Virus record (IMG/VR): IMGVR_UViG_3300034104_003795
Location: 186,001-250,000 of that record
Strand: one strand, 5' to 3'
DNA length: 64,000 nt
In this document: piece after piece, positions 20,001 to 29,200 of the stretch
Layout: each line of letters begins with the position of its first letter
Position numbering within the stretch: position 1 is the stretch's first letter
Made by a program: the position numbers and the translations under genes
The notes under the pieces: generated by a model
The model's database searches: none
What the model was told of the DNA's origin: nothing
Seen by the model: the letters and a program-made list of their open reading frames with translations, nothing else

Positions 20001-22278
20001 AATTACTAGGTGTTAATTCATCTAAACTAAATATAATAGTTCCACTATCAGTTCCATTATTCGTAACACCAGTGTTGTATGCACCATCCGTTCCGGTTTG
20101 AATACTTCCAGATTTTATCCAAAACGGATGCCCACTTGCATTTATATTAAAGGTATATGTAACACCTCTTACTAATGTTAATGTTGGATTTGATGCACTT
20201 ATTGCGTTACTAAACACATATGCACTAAATCCATTATTTGTTACATCAAATACGGTGTTTAACGATTGACTTGGAATTGCATAGTTTGAAGATGAAACAA
20301 TCATACTTCCACTAAACTTACTATAAACGTTTACATTAAATCCCTTTACCGGGTCAATAGATGCGGTTGCAGAACCAGAGAAAATTAAATTAACATCTAA
20401 ATTAGAAATAGCTGAACGAGGAATATTAAATAACTTCTCACCACTACCACTAAAGAATGAACCAGATGATAAGAAAACACTACCACTAAAAGTAGAACCA
20501 CTTGCAACTGATTTTACAACGAATCCATCCACATCGGTTACAGATGCAGTTACACTACCACTTGCAATTAAATTTGAAATCAATGCATCGGGTGCTAAAG
20601 CTGTTCTAGGGATGTTAAATAATCTTTCACCACTACCACTAAACGATGAACCAGAAGTTAGTGATATATTACCACTTACAATTAAAGAACCGGTAAATTG
20701 AGAACCACTATCCGGTGATATTACTCTAAATCCTTCATCAGGACTAACAGATGCGGTTACACTACCACTTGCTATACGAAATACTTCTTCAGATAACGCA
20801 GAACGAGGAATATCAAATAACCCTCTACCACTACCACTAAATTGAGATGCCGAAACCGAACCAGTTACTACTAAATAACCCGCTATTGTAGCAGATGTAT
20901 TAACTTCTAATCCCTTATCAGGTGATATTGATGCGGTTGCAGAACCACTTGCAATTCTAGGTGCAACAAGAGATGGTACGTTTGTTAATTTACTACCATC
21001 GCCCACAAAGAAAGATGCGGTTACGGCACCATTGACGTTTACCGAACCACTTATATCAACACTTCCGGTAAATTGTGAACCCCTATCTACAGATTCTACT
21101 CTAAATCCAAAATTAGGTGAAACAGATGCAGTTACACTACCACTTGCAATTCTAAAAGGTGCAAAAGAAAGTGCGGATTCTGGAATATCAAATAGAAATC
21201 TACCAGAACCACTAAAGAATGAACCGGATGCTAATTTTATACTACCAGTAAATTCAGAACCATTTGCTTCCGATTCAACCCTAAATCCAAATACAGGAGA
21301 AACGGATGCCGTTACCGAACCGCTTGCTAATTTTGTAGCTTCGGGTAAATTAAATAGGCCTTTACCATCTCCAGAGAATGAACCAGTAAATGAGCCTGTT
21401 GCAGAAGATGCAGTAAATTGATTTATAGTGGCCGTTAATGAAAATATAGAACCAGATTCTACTATAACGGATCCAGTAGTTAAACGTAAACTACCTGTAA
21501 TTTGCACACCACCTAAAAATGATGCACTTTGTGCGTTTATTATTAAAATATCACCAAGAACCGATGCTGTCACCGAGCCACTTGCTAATATTGCAGATTC
21601 AATTGCAGATTGTACATTTCTTAAATCTCTACCGTCTCCAAAAAATGAGCCCGTAAATGATGAAGATATTGAAGAACCGGTTGCTTCATTAAATCTTAAA
21701 TAATTTCCAATTTCAACCGAACCTGTAAATTCTTGTTTATCACTTAATTCATCACCAAATTTATTTGAACCAGATGAATATATTACAGATGATGAAATTA
21801 TACTAACAACTAATTGTTCAGCATATATTGATTTTGATACATATAAATTTTCTGCAATTGTTGTATCAACATTTATTTGTAATCCAAAATTAGGAGAAAT
21901 TGATGCAGTTGCAGAACCACTAGCTAAACGTATTGTGTCAGGTAAATTAAATAAACCAGCACCATCGCCAAAATAAGAACCAGAGAATGAACCAGTATAA
22001 GAACCCGTAAAACTACCACTTAATGATTCAGCACTACCAGTAAAAGAACCTGTAAATTGTCCCGTTACTCTATCTAAATCTAAACTTCTTACGAATCCTC
22101 TATTACCTTGGTCATCTGAAACTACAATAGCTGGTGAACCAGAAAGTGAAGCACTAAAATTTGGAACACCCAAATTTGGTTCAACTTGAGATAAATCAAT
22201 AAATTGATACCTGTCTTGTGTTACGTTTTTTGGGGATACTACCCTTACCCTACCTGATAATAGATTACTAATTGCCAT
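11089..22278 (-). CDS. Giant virion appendage protein (3729 aa): about 24 SGS-rich repeats, three cupredoxin-like domains, about 1090-aa Gly-X-Y Ser/Thr tract, C-terminal fibre domain
   Basis: ORF track. Repeats xIxSGS(V/A)TAS(V/I)SP..G; three GHP(F/L)W...LYY.CQ.HS.M domains; C-terminal TITWPVNVDWAGGSAPTLT...DILVF typical of phage tail proteins. Confidence 0.85.
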   Translation of the reverse strand: MAISNLLSGRVRVVSPKNVTQDRYQFIDLSQVEPNLGVPNFSASLSGSPAIVVSDDQGNRGFVRSLDLDRVTGQFTGSFTGSAESLSGSFTGSYTGSFSGSYFGDGAGLFNLPDTIRLASGSATASISPNFGLQINVDTTIAENLYVSKSIYAEQLVVSIISSSVIYSSGSNKFGDELSDKQEFTGSVEIGNYLRFNEATGSSISSSFTGSFFGDGRDLRNVQSAIESAILASGSVTASVLGDILIINAQSASFLGGVQITGSLRLTTGSVIVESGSIFSLTATINQFTASSATGSFTGSFSGDGKGLFNLPEATKLASGSVTASVSPVFGFRVESEANGSEFTGSIKLASGSFFSGSGRFLFDIPESALSFAPFRIASGSVTASVSPNFGFRVESVDRGSQFTGSVDISGSVNVNGAVTASFFVGDGSKLTNVPSLVAPRIASGSATASISPDKGLEVNTSATIAGYLVVTGSVSASQFSGSGRGLFDIPRSALSEEVFRIASGSVTASVSPDEGFRVISPDSGSQFTGSLIVSGNISLTSGSSFSGSGERLFNIPRTALAPDALISNLIASGSVTASVTDVDGFVVKSVASGSTFSGSVFLSSGSFFSGSGEKLFNIPRSAISNLDVNLIFSGSATASIDPVKGFNVNVYSKFSGSMIVSSSNYAIPSQSLNTVFDVTNNGFSAYVFSNAISASNPTLTLVRGVTYTFNINASGHPFWIKSGSIQTGTDGAYNTGVTNNGTDSGTIIFSLDELTPSNLYYTCQFHSAMQGAINVVNAIEIPAEITFIGKTNITGSLGVSGSVFLGSGSFFSGSGRGLFDIPQSAFTGDAYRIASGSVTASVSPDYGFRVESLQRGSDITGSVRVSGSLTAERIFSPEFSGSFEGDGSRLRNVPSIEGTRIVSGSVTASVSPVYGFRLEGANRAEFSSSILVSGSVEISSGSSFSGSGERLFNIPRTALAPDALFSEKIVSGSVTASVAPNQGFVVTSIESGSTFYGEVRVITGSSFSGSGKKLFDIPVAALSDLDTSKIFSGSATASISPDKGFLVNTGVTVRDYLIVTGSTDIKSNLVVTGSLKVNQSSLFKSGVSASVFSGSGAGLTDIPFSALSQEIFRIASGSVTASALPDFGFIVESTLLGSQFTGSINISGSVFAHGNIELQSGSSFSGSGRNLFDIPESALSFAPNKIASGSVTASVSPVFGFRVQSADSGSEFTGSVDITGSLLVRGDVTSTSGSYFIGDGRFLNNITLANLAIDSTKIFSGSATASISPNNGFEVNVHSRIDGSFVVSSSARPLPTELIDNTIYVTNDGSSAYVVSNGLISGSNPTLTLVRGVEYTFNVNAVGHPLWIKFINSTGTSNNVSQSITNNGDDSGDIVFTPYSGSPNILYYNCQLHSSMVGQLNIVDFLEIAPEITFIGNTQITGSLNTSGPVSSSMFSGSGKGLFDIPRSALSEEVFRIATGSITASVTPEFGFLVQSVSSGSTFSGSIFMASGSFISSSGRLLFDIPRSALTEDALISAEIKSGSVTASVSPVDGFKVKTPFTSSLVFDNVFNVINNGSGEYVFSGAASGSNPTITLHRNYEYIFNINASGHPFWINETSGTGDTNFYNSWVTNNGEDVGQITFLVSGSAPNTLYYNCQFHSSMAGVINIVDGNPNLIFDTQIGSRFTGSVDISGSLYINEIASGGLFLSSGSSYYGEGTYLRNIPRSALTEDALISTEIKSGSVTASVSPVDGFRVITPFTGGLVGSQFTGSVEVSGSIRATEFLFGDGRFITNVVAAAAPLIASGSATASVQSGNVFIITTAATGSQIGSQFTGSIEVSGSIRATDFLFGDGRFITNVVATAAPLIASGSATASVQSGNNFIVRTAATGSDIGSQFTGSVSISGSLTADDLTARGFVFGDGRFLTNVQAAAAPLIASGSATASVASGDKFIVNASSGSQFTGSVSITGSLTASLFIGDGGGLFNIPPDAIENLELAKINSGSGVAIIDPTKLDVNVPITAARYDGDGSGLFNIPAEALEDLQLDRIISGSVEAVISPNKGLEINTSVRIFSGSLAVSGGIFVTGSDVVLQSGSRYVGDGSGLRNINIANLAFETAILKSGSVFAEISPDLGFRVSTSASIDGDLDVVYDITAHNISASGTIFAPTISGSFLGTYNFQGVGPTASAEYDILRYDEDRGYFVPQPETSLTETVSFSNVSDLTIVHNLGILYPMVQVYATGSEDQIIPGTVKSIDEDTIQIKFAGLTSGHVVIGSGGSLINGTIPGDRVFGEVLSASYARRAEVAVSVQGFDSASLASLSASLGDSSQYVRNNQTSSMAVFSAVSSSYALTASFALNGGGGGTELFIYHTSSLVKSQTAKINFSGSGVDVISSGSDGVLVTINGGAAQTSLTASYILSTGVDGPLGMDSISYSVNALTASFALNSANTDTSSFLNINTNQTINASLTISGSLGVSGSIMLGGIVSASYDEVVTWDPITKKLGYRNVAAAVGSSGTGGSSGSSGSSGLTGTSGTSGSSGSSGSSGSSGSSGIDGSSGSSGSSGSSGSSGTTGTSGSSGSSGSSGSSGSSGSSGTSGSSGSSGTSGSSGTSGTSGTSGSDGSSGSSGTSGSSGSSGTSGSSGTSGTSGSSGSSGTSGSSGTSGSSGSGGSSGSSGSTGSAGTSGTSGTSGSSGSSGSSGTSGSSGTSGSSGTSGTSGSSGTSASSGSGGTAGTSGSSGTSGTSGTSGTSGSSGSGGTSGSSGTSASSGTGGTAGSSGTSGTSGSSGSAGSAGTSGSSGTSGSSGSDGSGGSSGTTGTSGSSGTTGSAGSSGTSGSSGTSGEDGSSGTSGSSGSSGSAGTSGTNGSAGTSGSSGSSGSSGSSGSAGSSGSSGSSGSSGTTGSDGTSGSSGSSGTSGTDGTSGSSGSSGSSGSSGTTGSSGSSGSSGSSGSSGADGTSGTSGSTGTAGSSGSSGTDGSFGTSGSSGSSGTSATSGSSGSSGSSGSSGSSGSSGTSGSSGLDGTYFGSSGTSGSSGSSGTSATSGTSGSSGTSGVDGTFFGSSGSSGSTGTSGTDGTSGETGTSGTSGESGTSGTSGLDGTFFGSSGTTGTSGSSGSSGSSGISGTDGTSGTSGKDGTFFGSSGTSGQDGTSGTSGSSGSSGSSGQDGTSGTSGLDGTFFGSHGTSGTSGESGSAGSSGSSGTSGESGTSGTGGSSGSSGTSAEGSSGSSGTSGESGTSGTSGSDGTSGSSGTSGESGTSGKDGTFFGSSGTSGSSGTSGSSGSTGSSGSAGTGGTSGVSGTSGSSGKDGTYFGSSGTSGSSGESGTSGSSGISGTDGSAGSSGSSGTSGKDGTFFGSSGTSGESGTAGTSGQSGTSGTSGSSGTSGSSGFDGTYFGSSGTSGISGTSGTSGESGTSGVSGTTGTSGSSGKDGTLFGSSGTSGVSGTSGVSGSSGTSGLGTNGTSGTSGFDGTYFGSSGTSGKDGTNATGEAGTSGTSGTTPPGFTSGTSGETGTSGTSGTTPPGFTSGTSGSSGESGTAGTSGTTPPGFTSGTSGTSGISGTAGTSGTTPPGFTSGTSGQSGTSGTSAPGFTSGTSGTSGFPLSGNTEDGILTYNAVAFGANVESNLTFNGSTLTVTGNVISTTSIAANTFRETYSDQGTGGSVTLDLSTGNNFRRQFNGNASVAFSNAPASNAFGFTLVTVNAGAYTITWPVNVDWAGGSAPTLTSVGTDILVFYTYDGGTTYYGFVSGKNFS
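11550..14815 (-). repeat. Coding (G-S-S/G-T-S)n tract of about 1090 codons with DGT(F/Y)FG and TTPPGF punctuation
   Basis: Direct reading of the 3729-aa translation and the 9-bp periodic DNA. Confidence 0.93.
15900..21960 (-). repeat. About 24 copies of a 60-70-aa repeat (F.G.G.GL.DIP.SAL....IASGSVTASVSP..GF.V.S...GS.FTGS)
   Basis: Counted by eye on the SGS(V/A)TAS core in the translation; some copies are near-identical at DNA level (e.g. 16700-16740 vs 16890-16930). Confidence 0.85.
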
Positions 22279-22297
22279 TCGTACTTTCCAGCTTTAT

Positions 22298-22328
22298 TAT
22301 AAATATCAAAAAAATCACCTATAAATAT
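22298..22328 (-). promoter_or_regulatory. Two tandem late-promoter-type motifs upstream of the 3729-aa gene
   Basis: TATAAATAT on + at 22298-22306 and 22320-22328. Confidence 0.62.
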
Positions 22329-22346
22329 TAATAGATAATATTATCG

Positions 22347-23264
22347 TTATTCATTAGCAGATTCAAGTAGAGATAGAACTACTGATAGCTTAGTTGAGCC
22401 GGAAACTATAAATCCATAACCTTCTTCTAATACTAATTTACCAGAAACTACCGGTGAAAGTGAATCTGCTACTGGTATTGTCACATTTGTTACCAATTCA
22501 ACAGGTGGTTGTTCGGTAAATACTGGATTTTCAATGGTTGCTTTAATAACGTCCACTAAACTATTAACCAAATATATAGATGCCGAAATTCCCGCTTCAG
22601 TTCCATTTGTAAATCCACTTAATATAGATTGAGTAACTGCATTTTGAAATAATAATGGAGAATCAGCCGAACCGGTTGTTGATTGGTTTTTTATAATTTG
22701 ATTAGATAATACTTTTAAATAATCTAAAGCAAATATAGATGCAGAATATTCAGTTGTTGCAATCGCAGATACTCCATTTTTATCAAAATATGCTTTTGCT
22801 GCTTTATTTGTTCTGATTGTTGTGTTATTAACTATATCATATTTTATCGCATCTACATCATCTAAAGTATTTTGTTCAAAGTATGATGATATAAAAGTAA
22901 ATGGTGTTTCTGATAAACTATTTTGATTAGAAGTATATGCCGCTATTTCCTTTCTTAAAAATTGTCTATTAGCATTTAATAACAAAGATGCACTGGCAAA
23001 ACTACCACTATATTCTGATAATGAAACAGAAGCACTAATAAACGCACTACCACTATATATGTCAACAAATTGTGGAACAGGCAATTCTCTATTAGATGTT
23101 ACTAATATAGTAACGGGTTGTGTTACTAAACTATTGTTTGTAATTTGACAAGATAGTACAATAGATGATACCCCAAGAGGAGTTGCATATATTTCATCTT
23201 GTTCTCCGGTCAATCCCGATACTACTGACTGAAACCGATTTAAGGGTACAAAAACTTCTGCCAT
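22347..23264 (-). CDS. Virion structural protein (305 aa): small beta-rich domain split by one helical (globin-like) repeat
   Basis: The N- and C-terminal parts align by eye with the 110-aa protein at 9063..9395. The middle (NANRQFLRKEIAAY...DAIKYDI...LDYLKVLSNQII) resembles the repeats of the 4184-aa protein. Confidence 0.72.
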   Translation of the reverse strand: MAEVFVPLNRFQSVVSGLTGEQDEIYATPLGVSSIVLSCQITNNSLVTQPVTILVTSNRELPVPQFVDIYSGSAFISASVSLSEYSGSFASASLLLNANRQFLRKEIAAYTSNQNSLSETPFTFISSYFEQNTLDDVDAIKYDIVNNTTIRTNKAAKAYFDKNGVSAIATTEYSASIFALDYLKVLSNQIIKNQSTTGSADSPLLFQNAVTQSILSGFTNGTEAGISASIYLVNSLVDVIKATIENPVFTEQPPVELVTNVTIPVADSLSPVVSGKLVLEEGYGFIVSGSTKLSVVLSLLESANE

Positions 23265-23288
23265 TTCTTTTTATTTTTTATTTTCTTT

Positions 23289-26200
23289 TTATATTTGTAG
23301 TGCCAATGAGAACGGAGTTACTAATGAGAATAGAGATTTACTAAATGTTCTACCCACAAGAGTACCAGTTGCTTGATTAATACTTAGGCCAGTACCAATT
23401 CTAAAGTCACCATCTTGGTTACCGGAAGTGAAGAATATTCTACCACCACCCAATTCGGTAATTTCAAACGCCGGATTTGCCACACCACTACCACCCTGAT
23501 TTGGAGGAAGTGCTTTAAACGTCACACCACTACCATTATAAGAGTAGTCAATACCAGTTGCCACAATCAATGAACCAAATGCTTCTAATGGTGCACCCGC
23601 TGCTATAAACTCTGCTCTTGTTCTTAAATATCTATTAGTTTCAAGAGTTTCTAATAACTGGTCTCTAGTCACTGCAATTGCACTTCCATATTGACCATCG
23701 TAGTATGAAGATGCTGCTCTAATTCCTCTCTCATTTCCACCATATAATAAGTCAGTAACACACGCATCTACAATAAATCCAGTATCACGTGAACAACTAG
23801 CCTCATTATATACTAAATATGGAAATGCTCCATTTGTATATCCAATTGCTCGTTGTTTTAATTCTTCCTTACCAAGTTTTAATCTTTCTGCCGCCTGTCT
23901 TCTTTTAGTTGATGGTGCTAAATAACTTAATAAAGTATTTGCAACTATCTTTTCAGAAAGTCCTCTTGCGAAGTTAATACCATCTACCGTTTGTTTCTTT
24001 TGTCCATTATTATCACCATAACTATCCACTATTGCTACTGATGGGAATTTATAATAGTAAGAACCCGCTTCAATACTTCTTTCATTACCACCATACACTA
24101 AGTCAGTTCTAATTGCATCTATAATAAACCCTAAATCTCTAGAACAACTTACTTCGTTATATTTCAAATTACTCCAAGAAGAACTTAAGAATGTTATAGT
24201 TTCCTTTTGTATCAATTCTTTATTATCTGTCAACAATTTAGCGGTTGTTAGTAAAGATGCCGAAGGTACTAAATATGTTGGATTGGTTATTACCTTTTTA
24301 GATACCTTTCCAGCGTATCTGATACCAGTAAGCGTTGGGTCTAATTGGTTTTTAGTTGATGGAACACCTGCGTTAATAGCGTTAGAAGGATATAAGTAAT
24401 AATACTGTCCTGCTATCAAACTTCTTTCTTGTCCACCATAAAGTACATCAGTTGCCGCTGCATCTATTAGGTATCCAACATCTCTCTTACAAGTAGTTTC
24501 ATTGTAATATACACTACTCCAAGATGAAGATACATATTTAATTGTTTCTTCTGCTACAAATGCTTTATTCTTTCTTAATAGGTCAAATGATGCAGATGCC
24601 TCTAATGATGCAGTTACAAATACTATGTTTTGCGCAACTTTTTGTGCCAATCTACTTGCGTAGTTTATACCATCAACTGTTTGTCCTAATTGACCAAGTC
24701 CATCACCATCTCCTTCAACAATTGCTAAAGATGGATATAGATAATAGAACTCTCCATTCAATACAGTTCTCTCATTACCACCATATAATAAATCGGTAGT
24801 AACACCATCTAATATATAGCCAACATCTCTCTTACATTTATCTTTATCATACTCAAATGTACTCCAGCTAGCAGTTAAGTAAGCTAGGGTTTCATTTTGT
24901 ATAAACTCTCTGTTATTTCTTAACAAATTAACCGATGCTGATATTATTTGTGATGCAGTTACATAAGTTAATGATGTAGCTACATTTTTAGAAGTTTGTC
25001 CTGCGTAATTAACACCAGTTAATGTTGGTTGTAATTGTGAACCTTGTGCTTGAGATGGATATAAGTAATAGAACACCCCAGCATTTGTACTTCTTTCATT
25101 ACCACCATATAATAAATCGGTAGAAACTGCATCTATGATATGTCCAACATCTCTCTTACAAGTTACCTCATCATAAGATGCTGTGCTCCAAGAAGAAGAT
25201 ATGTACGCGATAGTTTCGTTTTGAATAAACTCTCTATTGTTTCGTATCAATTCGTATGATGCTGATACATTTGCCGATGCGGTTACATAAGTTACATTTT
25301 GTACTATATTTTGTGCCAAACGGCTAGCATAGTTAATACCATCCAATGTTTGGTTTAGTTGTGCACCTTGTGCTTGAGATGGATATAAGTAATAGAACAC
25401 TCCATTGAATATTGATGCGGAATTTGCATTAAATAATAAGTCTTCGGCAGAACCACTCAATATAAACCCTAAATCACGTCTACATTTACTCTCGTCATAA
25501 GATGCGGTTGACCAAGATGAACTCAAATATGCAATACTTTCCGATACTATGAATCCAATATTTGCTTTTAATAAATTATATGCGTATATTACATTAGTAT
25601 CAACGGATGCAGTTGTATATGGAATTAAAGTTGGTAATGAACCAGTACCATTTCTTACTATATCTGTTACAATAGAAATAGATGCCGATATTGCATTAGC
25701 TTCGGTAATAGTTCCAAATAACGATGATGTTATAAATTGTTGAGCGTTGGTTACTTTAATATTTGCTAACGTATTAGGTATAACAGAAGGTGTCCCTATC
25801 AATATACTACTAATAGATGCCGTTGTTATTCTAGCTGCGTACTTAATTGCCTCTACCGTTTCTACAACTTGCGAACCAGACCCATTAGCTTGAGATGGGA
25901 ATTCATAATAGTAATCTGCATTCTTTCTACTTCTTTCATTTCCACCATAAAGTAAATCAGTTGCCACACCATCGATAATATATCCTAAATCTCTATAACA
26001 TTTACTTTCACTATAATCTAAATTAGGGTATTTAACATTTACAAATGCGATACTTTCACTTTGTATGAATCGTTTGTTAGCCTTTATTAAATCATAAGTA
26101 TATTGAACTTCTAATGATGATGTAAATATCTCTTTATTAACAACTACATTCATAGCTGTTCCTTTTGCGTATCTTACACCAGTTAATGTTGGTTCTAATT

Positions 26201-29200
26201 GTGAATCGGTAGCTTGTGATGGGAAATCATAATAATATCTTCCAGCTACAACACTTCTTTCGTTTCCGCCATATAAAAGGTCAGTTGCTACTGCATCTAT
26301 AATGTATCCAATATCTCTTTTACAAGTTATTTCATTATAATCAAAATCACCCCAAGAAGAAGATAGATACGCAATTGATTCACTTTGTATAAATCCTTTG
26401 TTAGCTCTTAATGAATTCCAAGATGCTGATGTTGGTTGGTTAATTGATGCCGATATGTGTGTAAACGGAATGTTCAACACCACCTTCTCTGCCAATCCAC
26501 TTGCGTATTTAATTGCAGTGATTGTTTGGTCTAATTGTGAACCAGTTGCTTGTGATGGGAAATCAAAATAGAACTTACCATTAAACAATGATGCCGAATT
26601 ACCACCATATAAAAGGTCAAATGCAGAACCACTAAGGATTCCAGTCAAATCTCTTTCACATTTACTTTGTGTATATTCAAACCCACTCCAAGATGAACTC
26701 ATATACGCAATAGTTTCATCAACTATAAATTTAGAGTTACTTACTAATAAGTTATATGCTGAATTTATCTTTGCATTTGTATTTGCTATCGGGAATGTTG
26801 ATGGTCTATATGCAATTGAGCTCGTACCATTATTTAATAACACATCGATTACTAATGATAATGATGCTGATATCAATTTACCTTGCAATCTTCCTGCCGC
26901 ACTTCCACTTATTAATTGTGGAGTATCAGTTACTTTAATACTTGCAGATGTATTTGATACAATTGTTGGCAGAACTGATGTTCCATTTTCAATTACATTT
27001 AGTATCAAATCAAATCCACTTGCAATCTTATTAGTATCAAACGATGATGCGGATATGTCTTGTCTTATAGGATTTGCATTTGTTACTTTTAATGATGAAG
27101 ATGTACTTGCTACTAATGTAGGTAATACACTTACTCCATTTTTAAGAACGTCTACAACAGTACCATAAGAAGAACTTACATTTGTAATTTGAATTGCCAA
27201 ATCATATGAACCAGTTCCAATTATTTGTTCTTGTGAACTTATATGTAATAAAGTTGGTGTAGATAATTCAAATCCATAATTATAGTTTCTTGCCAATGAA
27301 TCCGGTACAAATGCAACACCATTTTCAATAATATCAGCCACATGCTTAAATGATGATGTGATAATATCCAATTCAGCTCCACTTGCCGATATTGATGATG
27401 AGTATTGAGTAGTATTAGTTATTTTGATTAAACCATTGCCATTTTCAACGATAGTTGGTATTGTAGATAATCCATTTTCAATAATATTAGTAACTAACGC
27501 AAATGATGAACTAATTTGATTTACTTCGTTTATACTTGCACTCAACGGTGTTGTATATTGTGTTGTATCAGTTACTTTAATATTTCCATCGGTATTTGTT
27601 GTTAATGCCGGTGAATTTAATTTAATATTTTGTGCTATTGCTTTAGCTAATACTTTAGCGTATTCAACACCTTCCACAGTTTCTCTAACTTGCGTACTCT
27701 TTGTTGCTAAAGATGGATATAAATAATAATATTGTCCAGCTATAACACTTCTTTGATTTCCACCGTAGAAAGTATCAGTTATAACTGCATCTAAAATATA
27801 TCCTACATCACGTCTACATTTTTCTCTTAAATAAACTAAATTAGGGAAGAATGCATCTATGTATTGTACAGTTTCGTTTTGTATAAATCTTTTGTTCTGT
27901 CTTAATAAATTAACCGATGATGTTACAAATCCAGTTGGTGCTATCAATACTTTATTTGATATTACATTTTGTGCAGTACCAGCTACATATTGTATTCCAT
28001 CAAGTGTAGGTCCTTTTTGAGTTTCGGTAGTTGGTGAAATAGAACCAGTCAGAATTGCTGCAGATGGGTATAGATAATAGTACTCACCTGCTTTAGAACT
28101 TCTTTCGTTTCCACCATATAAAAGGTCAGTTCTTACTGCATCTATAATATATCCAATATCTCTCTTACAAGTAGTTTCGTTATAAGAGAATCCATCATCA
28201 CCACTCCAAGACGAAGATAAGTAAGCGATTGATTCACTTTGTATAAACTTCTTATTATCCGTTAATAAATTAAATCCAGTTAATTCAGATGTTGTTGGAG
28301 ATTGTAATAATATATTTGCTACAATCTTTTCAGTAATTCCTTTAGCGTATTTAATACCATCTAAAGTTTGATTCAATTGTCCACCGGTATCACCATCGTT
28401 ACCTACGGTTGCCAATGAAGGATATAAGTAATAATACTCTCCTGCCTCAGCCACTCTTTCGTTTCCACCGTAAAGAATATCAGTTGCTACTGCGTCTAAT
28501 ATATAACCAATATCTCTCTTACAAGTAGTTTGGTTATAAGGGAATGTACTCCAAGAAGAAGATAGATATGCAATAGTTTCATCTTGTATAAATGATTTAT
28601 TATTGAATATCAATTCGTATGCTGAAAGATTTGAATTAGATGCTGATGCAAATGTTGAATTCTTTAATATCTTATCAGTTAAACCTTTCGCATGTTTGAT
28701 TCCACTTAATGTTGCCCCTAATTGAGATGTTGTTGCTTGTGATGGATATTCATAATAGAATACACCGGCATTTATACTTCTCTGATTACCGCCATAAACT
28801 ATATCGGTTGTTACCGCGTCTAAAATATGGCCCACATCTCTCTTACAAGTTAATTCATTGTAAGATGTTGTACTCCAACTAGCAGATACATAACTTATAA
28901 CTTCGTTTTGTATAAATTCTCTATTATTATAAATTAATTCTTTTGCTTGTAATTTATTTTGAGATACTTTAGTAAATGTATTTCCTCTTAAAATTTTGAA
29001 TGCAATATCTCTAGCATATTCAATACCAGTAACAGTCTCTTGTATTTGTGAACCAGTTGCTTCAGATGGGTATTTATAATAGAATACTCCAGCATTTATT
29101 GTTCTTTCATTTCCACCATATAATAAGTCAGTAGAAACTGCATCTATAATATGTACTATATCTCTTTTACAAGTTGATTCAACGTATTGATGTGTACTCC

